Shown here in pieces: positions 40,078-49,565 of a stretch of 64,000 nucleotides of DNA (positions are counted from its first letter, which is position 1; the number at the start of each line of letters is the position of its first letter). Below the pieces are notes generated by a model. The model saw only the letters and a list, made by a program, of their open reading frames with translations. It was not told the origin of the DNA and made no database searches. This DNA is from Burkholderiales bacterium (GTDB taxonomy: Bacteria; Pseudomonadota; Gammaproteobacteria; Burkholderiales; Ga0077523), in assembly GCA_038324085.1 (NCBI GenBank), contig JBBQHP010000001.1, positions 68,381-132,380 on the forward strand, read 5' to 3'. The position numbers were made by a program, and so were the translations under genes.

Positions 40078-41385
40078 ATGACACCGATCGACGTGACGGG
40101 GAGGCATCGGACACCGACGTTCGCGGAGGCCCTTCGGTTCTGGTCGCGGCTGGGATTCATCAGCTTCGGTGGCCCGGCCGGTCAGATCGCGATCATGCAC
40201 GAGGAGCTGGTCGTACGCCGGGGCTGGCTCGACGAACGGCATTTTCTGCATGCGCTCAACTATTGCATGTTGCTGCCGGGGCCGGAGGCCCAGCAGCTCG
40301 CGACCTACATCGGCTGGCTGCTCCACGGCCCGCTCGGCGGAATCGCCGCGGGGCTCCTTTTCATCCTGCCCTCGGTGGTGCTGCTGATCGGGGCTGCGTG
40401 GGGATATTGCGCGTTCGGACACGCCGCCTGGCTGATGGGTCTGCTCGCGGGCGCCAAGCCCGCTGTGGTCGCCATCATCATTGCCGCCGCGGTTCGCCTG
40501 GGACGACGCATTCTCGCGCGGCCCTGGGCCTGGACGGTGGCCGTCGCGGCGTTCGGAGCGATCTTCGGCAACGTGCCGTTCCCGTTGATCCTCGCCGCAG
40601 CCGCCGTCGTCGGATTCGCAGTCGGGCGGCGTCACCCCGGTTGGATCGCCGGCTTCGCGCCCGAGGGCGTCGAACCGATGTCGCGCCTGCAGCCAGGCCT
40701 GCGACCGGTCGCGACGCTCGCGCGGGTGGCCGCGGTGGGGTTGGGGCTGTGGTTGTTCGCCATGGCGCTTCTGGCCGTCACAGCGGGACGCGATGGCCTG
40801 CTCGTGCGCTTGGGGTGGTTCTTCACCAAGGCGGCGCTGCTCACCTTCGGCGGTGCATACGCCGTCCTCCCCTACGTGTTCCAGGGACTGGTGGACCACG
40901 AGCAATGGCTCACTGCCGGGCAGATGATGGATGGACTCGCTCTGGGGGAAACGACGCCGGGGCCGCTGATCATGGTGGTCGCATTCGTGGGCTTCGTGGC
41001 GGCGTGGAATCTGCCCCCGCTGTCCGCAGCCGCGACGCTCGGCGCCATCGCAGGCGGCCTCACCGCGGTCTTCTTCACGTTCCTGCCTTCATTCGTCTTC
41101 ATTCTCGGGGGCGCACCACTGGTGGAACAAACGCGCGGCAACCTGCGGCTGGCCGGGCCCCTCGCGGGCATCACGGCCGCCGTCGTGGGTGTGATCGCCA
41201 GTCTCGGGGTGTTCTTTGCCTGGCACGTGCTCTGGCCGACCGGGCTTGCCGGCGGCGTACGCGGCTTCGAACTGGTGCTGTCGGCCGCGGCTGTCTTTGC
41301 GCTTGTAGCGCTCGGATGGAGCGTGATCCGAATCGTCTGCCTGTGTGCCGCTGCCGGATTGCTCCACGCGAGCTTCGCGCCGTGA
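40078..41385 (+). CDS. chrA: Chromate ion transporter (CHR family, two-domain ChrA)
   Basis: 435 aa and polytopic. The duplicated CHR motif is visible (FISFGGPAGQIAIMHEE; LTFGGAYAVLPYV). Confidence 0.8.
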   Translation: MTPIDVTGRHRTPTFAEALRFWSRLGFISFGGPAGQIAIMHEELVVRRGWLDERHFLHALNYCMLLPGPEAQQLATYIGWLLHGPLGGIAAGLLFILPSVVLLIGAAWGYCAFGHAAWLMGLLAGAKPAVVAIIIAAAVRLGRRILARPWAWTVAVAAFGAIFGNVPFPLILAAAAVVGFAVGRRHPGWIAGFAPEGVEPMSRLQPGLRPVATLARVAAVGLGLWLFAMALLAVTAGRDGLLVRLGWFFTKAALLTFGGAYAVLPYVFQGLVDHEQWLTAGQMMDGLALGETTPGPLIMVVAFVGFVAAWNLPPLSAAATLGAIAGGLTAVFFTFLPSFVFILGGAPLVEQTRGNLRLAGPLAGITAAVVGVIASLGVFFAWHVLWPTGLAGGVRGFELVLSAAAVFALVALGWSVIRIVCLCAAAGLLHASFAP

Positions 41386-41401
41386 GCGGCGCCACCGGCG
41401 G

Positions 41402-42826
41402 CTATTTCTCCCGTCGGGCAACGACTCCCCGCAGCTCACGCAACCGCGCCTCGATGCTCGAATTCTCGTAGAAATCGCCGTTGCTCGCGCGTTGCGCGAG
41501 TTGCAACTGGTCGATCGCGCCGGTGATGTTACCGTTCGACAGGAAGCTCTCGGCGAGCGACATGTGCTGCTGCATCCTTTTCCCCAGGGCGCTGTAAGCC
41601 TTCGCCTGCAGTGCGTACAGGTGCCCGTCGTTCTGGTCCTTCAGCAATTGTGCGTCCAGTGCCACGAGAGCGCGATCGTTCCTGCCCGCGGCGATCAGCG
41701 CCTCCGCATAGTCGTAGCCAAGGCCGCGATTGCCGGGGAACGCCTTGACGCCTTGGGCGAAGATCTGCAGGGCCCCGTCGCGATCATTCTGTGCGAGTTT
41801 GAGCTTGCCTTCGAGCGCCGTGATCATCGGATTCGCCGGCGCGATCTTCCTGAGCGGCACCATCTCCTCGAGCGCCCGCTTGAGATTGTCGGCGCGCAGC
41901 AAGGCAAGAACGAGGCCGTAGCGCACCCCGATCTCGCTGTTGTACTTGCGATCGGCGAGTTGTTCGTCGAAGAACGTGATCGCGGTGCGCGGTTCGTCGA
42001 TCGTCGCCCGCAGCTTGGCACGCACCAGGTGAAAATCTACGCTGTCCGGAATCTGCACGTAGGGCAGGTTCATGGTGCGGTTCTGAACATCGGCGATGCG
42101 CTCGTACGTGATCGGGTGCGTGCGCATGTACGAAGGCACCGCACCCGAATCGTAAATGCGGGTCGCGCGCTGCAGGCGTTCCAGAAACACCGGCATCGCG
42201 TGCGGGTCGAAGCCGGATCGCTCGACGATCTGGAGGCCCACGCGGTCGGCTTCGCGTTCGTTGTCACGCGTGAAAGCGAGCTGCGTGCTCAGCGCCTGCG
42301 CCTGGGCCGCGGCGATCGCGCCCATCGCGGCCTCTGGATTCGAGCGCGCCGCCAGGATGGCGATGGCGATAGCGGCCAGCGAGGCCATACCCGAACGCTG
42401 TTGCTGGGCGACCATGCGCGCGATGTGCCGCTGCGTTACGTGCGCAATTTCGTGGCCGAGAACGCTGGCGAGCTCCGACTCGGTCTGCGCAGTCAGCAGC
42501 AGGCCCGAATGCACGCCGATGAACCCGCCCGGCAGGGCAAAGGCGTTGATCGTGGGGTCTTTCAGCGCGAAAAACGTGAAATCCATGCGCGTATCCGGAC
42601 TGAACGCCACGAGCCGGTAACCGATCCGGTTCAGGTAGTCCGTGACGTCCGGATCGTCGAGATAGTTCGGCGTCGCGTGGATCTGGCGCATGATCCCGAT
42701 CCCGATCGATCGCTCCTGGCCAACCGAAAGCGCCGACTCGGAGGCATCGCCCAGTTCGGGAAGGTCGTTTGCCCGCGCGGTAATCGCCAGGCAGAACGCT
42801 AGCAGGATCAAGACGAGCGCGCGCAT
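41402..42826 (-). CDS. bepA: Periplasmic M48 metalloprotease with TPR domain (BepA/YfgC-like)
   Basis: Signal peptide, HEIAHV zinc motif and C-terminal TPR repeats. Confidence 0.75.
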   Translation of the reverse strand: MRALVLILLAFCLAITARANDLPELGDASESALSVGQERSIGIGIMRQIHATPNYLDDPDVTDYLNRIGYRLVAFSPDTRMDFTFFALKDPTINAFALPGGFIGVHSGLLLTAQTESELASVLGHEIAHVTQRHIARMVAQQQRSGMASLAAIAIAILAARSNPEAAMGAIAAAQAQALSTQLAFTRDNEREADRVGLQIVERSGFDPHAMPVFLERLQRATRIYDSGAVPSYMRTHPITYERIADVQNRTMNLPYVQIPDSVDFHLVRAKLRATIDEPRTAITFFDEQLADRKYNSEIGVRYGLVLALLRADNLKRALEEMVPLRKIAPANPMITALEGKLKLAQNDRDGALQIFAQGVKAFPGNRGLGYDYAEALIAAGRNDRALVALDAQLLKDQNDGHLYALQAKAYSALGKRMQQHMSLAESFLSNGNITGAIDQLQLAQRASNGDFYENSSIEARLRELRGVVARREK

Positions 42827-42835
42827 CGCAATGCT

Positions 42836-43387
42836 ATGATAACTTCAACGCTTCGGAGTTCTTCCTGCACAGGTGCGCGCAGCTATCCGCACCTCCCGCC
42901 CTTGAATTCGCTCACCCATTTCGACGCCCAAGGCCAGGCCCACATGGTCGACGTGGGCGAGAAGGCCGAAACGCAGCGCGTGGCGATCGCCACGGGGCGT
43001 ATCGCGATGCGCCCGGAGACGCTGACCCGAATTCTCGAGGGCACGGCCGCCAAGGGAGACGTGCTTGGGATCGCGCGCATCGCGGCCATCCAGGGCGCGA
43101 AACGCACCTCGGACCTGATCCCGCTGTGTCACCCGATCGGATTGACCCGGGTGGCAGTCGAGTTCACCGTCAACCGCGAGCATTCCACGATCGATTGCAC
43201 CGCGACCGCGGAGTGCCGCGGGCGCACAGGTGTGGAAATGGAAGCCCTGACCTCGGCGAGCGTCGGGCTGCTCACGATCTACGACATGTGCAAGGCGGTG
43301 GATCGCGGCATGCGCATCGAGTCGATCCGATTGCTGGAGAAACGTGGCGGCAAATCGGGCCACTGGCAGGCTTCGGACCCGGTTTGA
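42836..43387 (+). CDS. moaC: Cyclic pyranopterin monophosphate synthase MoaC
   Basis: [25 protein letters not shown]...LIPLCHPI... The start is uncertain. ATG 42836 lies only 9 nt from the divergent bepA start, and an in-frame TTG at 42902 is plausible. Confidence 0.85.
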   Translation: MITSTLRSSSCTGARSYPHLPPLNSLTHFDAQGQAHMVDVGEKAETQRVAIATGRIAMRPETLTRILEGTAAKGDVLGIARIAAIQGAKRTSDLIPLCHPIGLTRVAVEFTVNREHSTIDCTATAECRGRTGVEMEALTSASVGLLTIYDMCKAVDRGMRIESIRLLEKRGGKSGHWQASDPV

Positions 43388-43448
43388 CGGCCGTGCGAAC
43401 GGTTCCGGCCGCGGCCAGTCGAACCGGATCAGGTCACCAAACTTGTCG

Positions 43449-43802
43449 ATGACACCACCCGCCTCCATTGTCGCTTCGATGATCCTGCTTGCCGCGCTCG
43501 CTGCGGCGGCACCGGTGGGCGCTGACGAGCTTCCCGGGAGGGCCATTGCCCAGGACCAGGAGAAGGGCAATTGCCTTGCGTGCCACCGGATGCCGTCGGA
43601 TCCGGGCGCGGAAACCCTGGCGAATCTCGGTCCGGCGCTGGTCGACGTGAAACACCTCTACCCGGATCGTGCCGCCTTGCGTGCCCAGATCTGGGACGCT
43701 TCGGTAAAAAACCCCGATACCATCATGCCGCCCTACGGCCGCCACCACATCCTGACCGAAACCGAGATCGACCTGGTGACGGACTACATTCACGGCCTGT
43801 GA
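43449..43802 (+). CDS. soxX: Sulfur-oxidation c-type cytochrome SoxX
   Basis: Signal peptide, a single CLACH heme motif, 117 aa, and position directly upstream of soxYZA. Confidence 0.8.
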   Translation: MTPPASIVASMILLAALAAAAPVGADELPGRAIAQDQEKGNCLACHRMPSDPGAETLANLGPALVDVKHLYPDRAALRAQIWDASVKNPDTIMPPYGRHHILTETEIDLVTDYIHGL

Positions 43803-43806
43803 CCCC

Positions 43807-44262
43807 GTGACGCGCGCCGCCCGCAGAAGCTTCCTTGCCCGACTCGCCGGCGCGATATGCGCACTCGCGCTGGTCCCGCTGCGCGCGTTCGGCGCCGAGC
43901 GCAACGTCGAGGCCTTCGAATCCAAGGACGTCGCCAAGGCGCTGCGCCTCATCGGCGCGGCGGCCGCGATCGAGAGCGACGACGTGGTCCTGAAAGCGCC
44001 CGACATCGCCGAGAACAGTGCCCTCGTGCACATCGAGATCGAATCGAAGCTGCCCGGCACCGAAACGATCTGGGTGCTCGCGGACAAGAATCCGCAGCCG
44101 CTCATTGCGCAGTTCGATCTGCTCCCCGGCGTGGATCCGTTCGTGGCGGTGCGCATCAAGATGGCCGATTCGGCATTCATCCGCGCCGTGGTGAAGGCGA
44201 ACGGCAAGTACTGGTACGCGAAGAAGGACACCAAGGTCACGATCGGCGGCTGCGCCGGCTGA
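43807..44262 (+). CDS. soxY: Thiosulfate-oxidation carrier protein SoxY
   Basis: Tat signal (ARRSFLARLAG). The C-terminal swinging-arm cysteine is in ...KVTIGGCAG, a variant of the canonical GGCGG. Confidence 0.85.
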   Translation: MTRAARRSFLARLAGAICALALVPLRAFGAERNVEAFESKDVAKALRLIGAAAAIESDDVVLKAPDIAENSALVHIEIESKLPGTETIWVLADKNPQPLIAQFDLLPGVDPFVAVRIKMADSAFIRAVVKANGKYWYAKKDTKVTIGGCAG

Positions 44263-44290
44263 GCGCACGCCAACCCGCGAGGAATTCACG

Positions 44291-44605
44291 ATGCCCGAAG
44301 CGATCCGAATGCGTATCACGCTGAGCGGCCAGAAAGCCACGGTGAAAGTGCTGATGCCGCATCCGATGGAAAGCGGCCTGCGCATCGATCCACAGACCAA
44401 GGAACTGGTTCCCAAGCACTTCATCCATCACGTCGTGGCCACCCACAACGGTCGCACTGTGCTCGACGCGCAGTGGAGTCAGGCCGTCTCGAAGAATCCG
44501 TTCCTCGAATTTCGCCTGCAGGACGCGAAGGCCGGCGACAAGGTCGGCGTGGCGTGGGAGGACAATCACGGCGAAACGAACAGCTTCGAAACGGAGATCA
44601 AATGA
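44291..44605 (+). CDS. soxZ: Thiosulfate-oxidation carrier complex protein SoxZ
   Basis: 104 aa. The motif MRITLSGQKATVKVLMPHPMESG is typical of SoxZ. Confidence 0.85.
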   Translation: MPEAIRMRITLSGQKATVKVLMPHPMESGLRIDPQTKELVPKHFIHHVVATHNGRTVLDAQWSQAVSKNPFLEFRLQDAKAGDKVGVAWEDNHGETNSFETEIK

Positions 44606-45429
44606 GCGCTGCCCACGTTGCAGCCTGCGTGCTTCTCGTGCTGGCGTCCGTCGCGGCGGGCGCGACGCCTGAAGAGGATCGGACGGCCGTGGTGCGTACA
44701 CTGGAGCAGCGCTTCCCCGGCGTGCCGCTTGATGACTATGTGCTGGGCGGACTCATGCGGAACCCCGCGAGCCGCAGCCATTACGAAGACATCATGGCCT
44801 TCCCGCCTTTCATCGCCGACGTGGAACGTGGAAAGGTTCTCTGGGAAACGCCGTTCCGCAACGGCCGTACCTACGCCGAATGTCTGCCCGGCGGCGGGCG
44901 GATGATCGCCGGTAAATATCCGCTGTTCGATGCGCACGAAAGCCGGGTGATCACCTTCGAGATGGCGCTCAACCGGTGCCGGCACGACAACGGGGAGCCC
45001 GAGTATCGTTACGACGATCGCGCCACCATGGGTCTACTTACCGCTTATGCGCGTTCGCTGTCCGATGGCATGCGCATGGACATACGCGTGGAGGGCGACG
45101 CAGCCCGGGCGAAGTACGAGGATGGTCGGCGCCTGTTCTACCGCCGCATCGGTCAGATGAATTTTTCCTGCGCCAACTGTCACCTGGACAATGCCGGCAA
45201 GATCATGCGCATGGAAACAATATCGCCGGTTGTCGGGCAGCCCGCCCATTTTCCGATCTTCCGCGGCGGCGAGACGGTCTATACGCTGCACATGCGGTAT
45301 ACAAGGTGCATGGAGCAAGTCCGGGCGCAGCCGTTTCCGATGGGCAGCGAAGCGTTCAACAATCTCGAGTACTTCCATTCTTATCTGAGCAATGGCCTGC
45401 CCATGCAGGCGTCGGTCTACCGCCGCTAG
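44602..45429 (+). CDS. soxA: Sulfur-oxidation cytochrome SoxA (single heme-binding motif)
   Basis: ATGA overlap with soxZ. Only one CxxCH motif (CANCH) is present, and a candidate distal Cys ligand lies in RYTRCMEQV. Confidence 0.8.
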   Translation: MSAAHVAACVLLVLASVAAGATPEEDRTAVVRTLEQRFPGVPLDDYVLGGLMRNPASRSHYEDIMAFPPFIADVERGKVLWETPFRNGRTYAECLPGGGRMIAGKYPLFDAHESRVITFEMALNRCRHDNGEPEYRYDDRATMGLLTAYARSLSDGMRMDIRVEGDAARAKYEDGRRLFYRRIGQMNFSCANCHLDNAGKIMRMETISPVVGQPAHFPIFRGGETVYTLHMRYTRCMEQVRAQPFPMGSEAFNNLEYFHSYLSNGLPMQASVYRR

Positions 45430-45448
45430 TCTGCGGCCGGCCGCAGAC
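45429..45448 (+). other. Perfect 20-nt GC-rich palindrome (hairpin without a U-tract) immediately after soxA
   Basis: GTCTGCGGCC/GGCCGCAGAC begins at the last base of the soxA TAG stop codon. Confidence 0.6.
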
Positions 45449-45484
45449 GCTCCGATCGGTGTCGCCAAGACATTTCCGAACGTC

Positions 45485-47011
45485 ATGCAAGCACCGGTAC
45501 CGGATGTCGGCGACGACCCGCGGACGTTGACGGAAGCGGCGCGCGCCGCCTATCTGCGCAGCGATCTCGCTGCGGCTCGCATGCTCGCCGACCAGGTGCT
45601 GGCGCGCGCCCCCGGCCACGCGCCGGCGCTGAATCTGCTCGGCAACCTGCACCTCGCCGACGGGCTGCTCGACGACGCCGAGCGTTGCTATCGCGCAGCG
45701 CTCGCCGCGGACGCGAATCTCCGGTGCGCACGCTTCAATCTCGGCCTGGTCTGCCTGGAACGCGGCGATCGGGCCGGCGCCATTCGCGAGCTCGAGCCGG
45801 CGCTGGACGAAACCAGCGATGCCGAAGACTGGCTCTTGCTCGGCAACCTGCTCCACAGCGAGGGCCGCGCCGACGCAGCGCTTGCCCATTGGACGCGGGC
45901 CACGACCCGCAATCCGGCACTGGTCGAAGCCTGGTTCAATCTCGGCAGCGTCCAGCGCGCGCTCGGCCGGCGCCAGGATGCGCGCGCGGCGCTCGAACGC
46001 GCACAACAACTGCAGCCCGGCGCAGCGGCGATTCGCCTCGAACTCGGGCTGCTGGACCATGCCCAAGGACGATATTCCGCGGCCCTCGAGCAATTTCGCC
46101 ATGCGGTGGCTGCCGATCCTGCGAACGTCGATGCGCGCGTGAATCTGGCCGAGACTCTGCGCATCGTCGGTTCGAGCGCCGATGCGGCGACCTTGCTGGC
46201 CGAAGTGGTGAGCGATCACCCCGATGCCGGAAATGCGCACAAGGCCCTGGGCCTTATCGCCCTGTCCGAAGCGCGCCCAGCGGATGCAGCGGTGCACTTT
46301 CGGACCGCCCGCAAGTCACTGCCCGAAGATTCGGAGATCGCCCATCTGCTGGCCGCGGCCGAAGGACGTACCGCCGATGCGGCGCCGGCCGACTACGTGC
46401 GTTCCCTGTTCGACGGTTTTGCCGTGCGCTTCGACGAAGAACTGACACGGGATCTGGGCTATCGGACGCCAGGGGAGCTCGCCGCGGCGTTGCGCGAGTG
46501 CCTGCCCGAACCGCCGCCACCGCTCCGGGTCGCCGATCTGGGGTGCGGCACGGGCCTCGCCGGAGTCGCGCTGGGCACGATGTGCGCAAGCCTCGTCGGA
46601 GTCGATCTCTCCCCTCGAATGCTCGACGAAGCGCGCGCGCGCAATCTTTATTCAGAGCTCGTCTGCCAGGACCTGGTCGCATTCCTGAATCAGGGCGCAG
46701 AAGCGCGCTTCGACGCGCTGGTCGCCGCCGACGTCTTCATCTACGTGGGCGGGCTCGATGCCGTGTTCGCCGCGGCCCGACGGGCATTGGCGCACGGCGG
46801 GCACTTCGCGTTTTCCCTTGAACTTGCCGCGGAGGGCGGCGATGCTCAGGCCATCCTGCGCCCTTCGGGGCGCTTCGCCCACCGTCCGGATGCGGTGAGC
46901 GTGCTGGCAGAGACGACGGGGTTCGCCACGCTCGCCTGGCGCGAAACGATCCTGCGTCACGATCGCGCCGAACCTGTACGCGGTCTGATCGCAGTCCTGG
47001 CCGCGCACTGA
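45485..47011 (+). CDS. TPR-repeat protein fused to a class I SAM-dependent methyltransferase
   Basis: N-terminal 34-aa TPR periodicity (...AYLRSDLAAARMLADQVLARAPGHAPALNLLGNL...). The C-terminus has SAM motif I (VADLGCGTGLAG) and DALVAADVFIYVG. Confidence 0.8.
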   Translation: MQAPVPDVGDDPRTLTEAARAAYLRSDLAAARMLADQVLARAPGHAPALNLLGNLHLADGLLDDAERCYRAALAADANLRCARFNLGLVCLERGDRAGAIRELEPALDETSDAEDWLLLGNLLHSEGRADAALAHWTRATTRNPALVEAWFNLGSVQRALGRRQDARAALERAQQLQPGAAAIRLELGLLDHAQGRYSAALEQFRHAVAADPANVDARVNLAETLRIVGSSADAATLLAEVVSDHPDAGNAHKALGLIALSEARPADAAVHFRTARKSLPEDSEIAHLLAAAEGRTADAAPADYVRSLFDGFAVRFDEELTRDLGYRTPGELAAALRECLPEPPPPLRVADLGCGTGLAGVALGTMCASLVGVDLSPRMLDEARARNLYSELVCQDLVAFLNQGAEARFDALVAADVFIYVGGLDAVFAAARRALAHGGHFAFSLELAAEGGDAQAILRPSGRFAHRPDAVSVLAETTGFATLAWRETILRHDRAEPVRGLIAVLAAH

Positions 47012-47013
47012 GC

Positions 47014-49002
47014 ATGTTCGACTGGCTCAGGCGTGCCATCACCACGGCGCCCGTTGATCGGGGCAGCCTGGCCCAGGCCAATGCCGCGCTCGCCGAAGGA
47101 CGGGACGCGCAAGCAGTGGCGCTCCTCGATGCCTTCCTGCGCCAGCACGCTGCGGACGCAGAAGCGTTGCAGCTTCGCGCGATCGCGGCGTGCCGCGCGG
47201 GCGATTTCGTCCTGGGCGAGGACCTGCTCGGACGCGCGATCGCCGCGGACGCGACGCGGATCGAGCCGCATCTCACGCTCGCCGAAGTGCACCTGGAGCG
47301 GGAGCGCTTCCTCGACGCGATCGGGGAACTGCGTGCCGCGCTCGCGCTCGATCCGAACCGGCCCGCCACGCACCAACGGCTTCTGATGGCGCTCGGTGCC
47401 GCCGGACGCGACGACGACGCGCTCGAATACTGGCAATTGCTGCGCGGGCTCGACTGGCGGATCGATCCCGCGGACGATCCCGTCGCCGTGCTGCATGCGC
47501 AGGCGCGGCTGGTGGATGCGGAAGCCGCACTCGAAGGACGTGCACGGCACGCGCCGAACGACGCGACCACCCATCTGATGCTCGGCATCACGCGCCAGGC
47601 GCGCGGATTCATCGACGCGGCGATCGCCGCATTCCGCGATGCGGTTCGCGCCGATGATGGCTGCGCCCGAGCGCACGGCAAGCTCGCCTTCGCACTCGAC
47701 TCGCGTGGCGACGTGGCGGAATCGATCGCCCACTACCGGCGGGCTGCGGAGCTGGATCCCGGCTCGGCCCAGGCGCTGTCGGATCTTCTCGCTGCGCGCA
47801 TCTACGTCGGTCCCCACGACGCCCTGGAATCCGCGCGCGCCTACGGCCGCTATGAAGAACGCTTTGGTCGCCCGTTGCGCGACCACGCGCCGTTCACCCT
47901 GGCGCGCGATCCCCAGCGCAGACTGCGTGTCGCCTACGTCTCGAACGATCTCTCGGAGCACGTGATCAGCTATTTCCTCGAGCCGGTGCTCGCGTCGCAC
48001 GACCGATCGGAAATCGAAGTCTGGTGTTACGACCGCACCCGGCAGAGAGACGCGACCAGCGAACGCCTCGAACGGCTCGCGGACGTATGGCGCCGGGTAC
48101 CGGAGACGGATTTCGCGACCCTCGCGACCCAGGTTCGCGCCGATGCGATCGACGTGCTGGTGGATCTGAAAGGACACTTCGACGACAACAGCCTGCCGTT
48201 GTTCGCGCGCAAACCCGCGCCGGTACAGCTCACCTGGCTGGGCTACCCGGACACCACCGGGCTCGCCGCCATGGATGGATGGATCACGGACGGGCACATT
48301 GCCGCGGACCTGTCGGACCAGTACGCGACCGAGGAGATCATCGCACTCGACGATTTCTTCATGTGCTTTCGGCCCAAACCGGGCGCGCCGCCGCCGGCGA
48401 CCGTACCGTCGCTGTCGCGCGGGGCGATCACCTTCGGTTGTTTCAATGCCTACTCGAAGGTGAGCCCGGCGATGCGCGCGGCGCTGGCGGAGATTCTCCA
48501 GGCGCTCCCGCATTCACGACTGCTGATGACTGCCGTACCGCGCGGTGACGCGCGTACCCGCCTTCTCGCCGGGTTCGAGGCCGCCGGCATCGATCCTGAG
48601 CGGATCGAACTCCGCGGCCGCACGACGCACGCCCAGTTCCTGGCGTCCCACGACGAAGTCGATCTCGCGCTCGACAGTTTTCCGTACAACGGGACGACCA
48701 CAACCCTGCACGCGCTCTGGATGGGGGTACCGTTCGTGGCGCTCGCCGGAACCACGCACGTCGCGCGCGTCGGCGCCAGCATTCTCGCGAACGTCGGACT
48801 GGACGACTGGATCGCCCGCGACGTGGCCGGCTATGTGCGCATCGCGGTCGAACGGGCCGCGGATACGGCGCTCCTGGCCCGGTTGCGGCACTCGCTTCGG
48901 GGCCGACTCGCGGCCTCTCCGATCCTGGATGAAGCCGGCTTCACCCGGCGACTCGAGCGCGTCTACCGCGAGCGCTGGCGGCGCTGGTGCGCCGCCGATT
49001 GA
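47014..49002 (+). CDS. TPR-repeat protein fused to a GT41 (OGT/SPINDLY-like) glycosyltransferase domain
   Basis: TPR N-terminal half. The C-terminal half has LRVAYVSNDLSEHVISYF, APVQLTWLGYPDTTG, ITFGCFNAYSKV and LDSFPYNGTTTTLHALWMGVPFVALAG. Confidence 0.8.
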   Translation: MFDWLRRAITTAPVDRGSLAQANAALAEGRDAQAVALLDAFLRQHAADAEALQLRAIAACRAGDFVLGEDLLGRAIAADATRIEPHLTLAEVHLERERFLDAIGELRAALALDPNRPATHQRLLMALGAAGRDDDALEYWQLLRGLDWRIDPADDPVAVLHAQARLVDAEAALEGRARHAPNDATTHLMLGITRQARGFIDAAIAAFRDAVRADDGCARAHGKLAFALDSRGDVAESIAHYRRAAELDPGSAQALSDLLAARIYVGPHDALESARAYGRYEERFGRPLRDHAPFTLARDPQRRLRVAYVSNDLSEHVISYFLEPVLASHDRSEIEVWCYDRTRQRDATSERLERLADVWRRVPETDFATLATQVRADAIDVLVDLKGHFDDNSLPLFARKPAPVQLTWLGYPDTTGLAAMDGWITDGHIAADLSDQYATEEIIALDDFFMCFRPKPGAPPPATVPSLSRGAITFGCFNAYSKVSPAMRAALAEILQALPHSRLLMTAVPRGDARTRLLAGFEAAGIDPERIELRGRTTHAQFLASHDEVDLALDSFPYNGTTTTLHALWMGVPFVALAGTTHVARVGASILANVGLDDWIARDVAGYVRIAVERAADTALLARLRHSLRGRLAASPILDEAGFTRRLERVYRERWRRWCAAD

Positions 49003-49014
49003 GCGGGCGCGCCG

Positions 49015-49332
49015 TTACCGCTTCCGGGCGAGGCGGACCACCAGCCCCTTGGTCACGTTCTCGACGAAATTCTCACTGTAGCCCAGCTCCTTCAGCTGCC
49101 AGCGGAACACGTTGCCGAGCTTGGCCTTGCGAAACACGCCCAGTCGATTCTCCTGGTGAAAGCGCAGGGCGCGGGCATAGAGACCCTCGGTCACGACGGC
49201 GAGCTGATTTGCGGCACCTTTGTCGGTGCGGGCTTCCCCGGCGGGCGGGAACCTCCGCGCCAGGTCCTGCGCCAGGCTGCGCGCGAAATCGTCAACTTTC
49301 TTGGTATCGAAAAGACCTAACATGAATGGCAC
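49015..49332 (-). CDS. Hypothetical protein
   Basis: 105 aa with no recognisable motif and no signal peptide. It is the only opposite-strand ORF inside the TPR-GT array and does not overlap its neighbours. Confidence 0.45.
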   Translation of the reverse strand: MPFMLGLFDTKKVDDFARSLAQDLARRFPPAGEARTDKGAANQLAVVTEGLYARALRFHQENRLGVFRKAKLGNVFRWQLKELGYSENFVENVTKGLVVRLARKR

Positions 49333-49565
49333 TCCGTTTGCTTATGTCGATCGCCCCGTATCCAACAGCCCCAGCGCATCCACGCGCTCGGAGGACCGCA
49401 AGTGCTCTGTCGAGTTTCGCACGTGGCTCCGACACTGAAAAGCAATATCCGATCCACTGCGTCCGCGCCGGCGCATGCGCTCGGTCAGCCTCACGAGCTG
49501 CGCGCGGGCGCCGATTCCGCGGCTGGAATGCGGGGGCACGCTGTGCCACGAAAGGGCGGTCGCAC

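Noticed and set aside
42836-42901. First 22 codons of the moaC ORF
   Set aside because: I kept the ORF coordinates but flag that the ATG at 42836 is only 9 nt from the divergent bepA-like start. A TTG at 42902, just before the conserved LTHFD, may be the real start. This cannot be decided from sequence alone.
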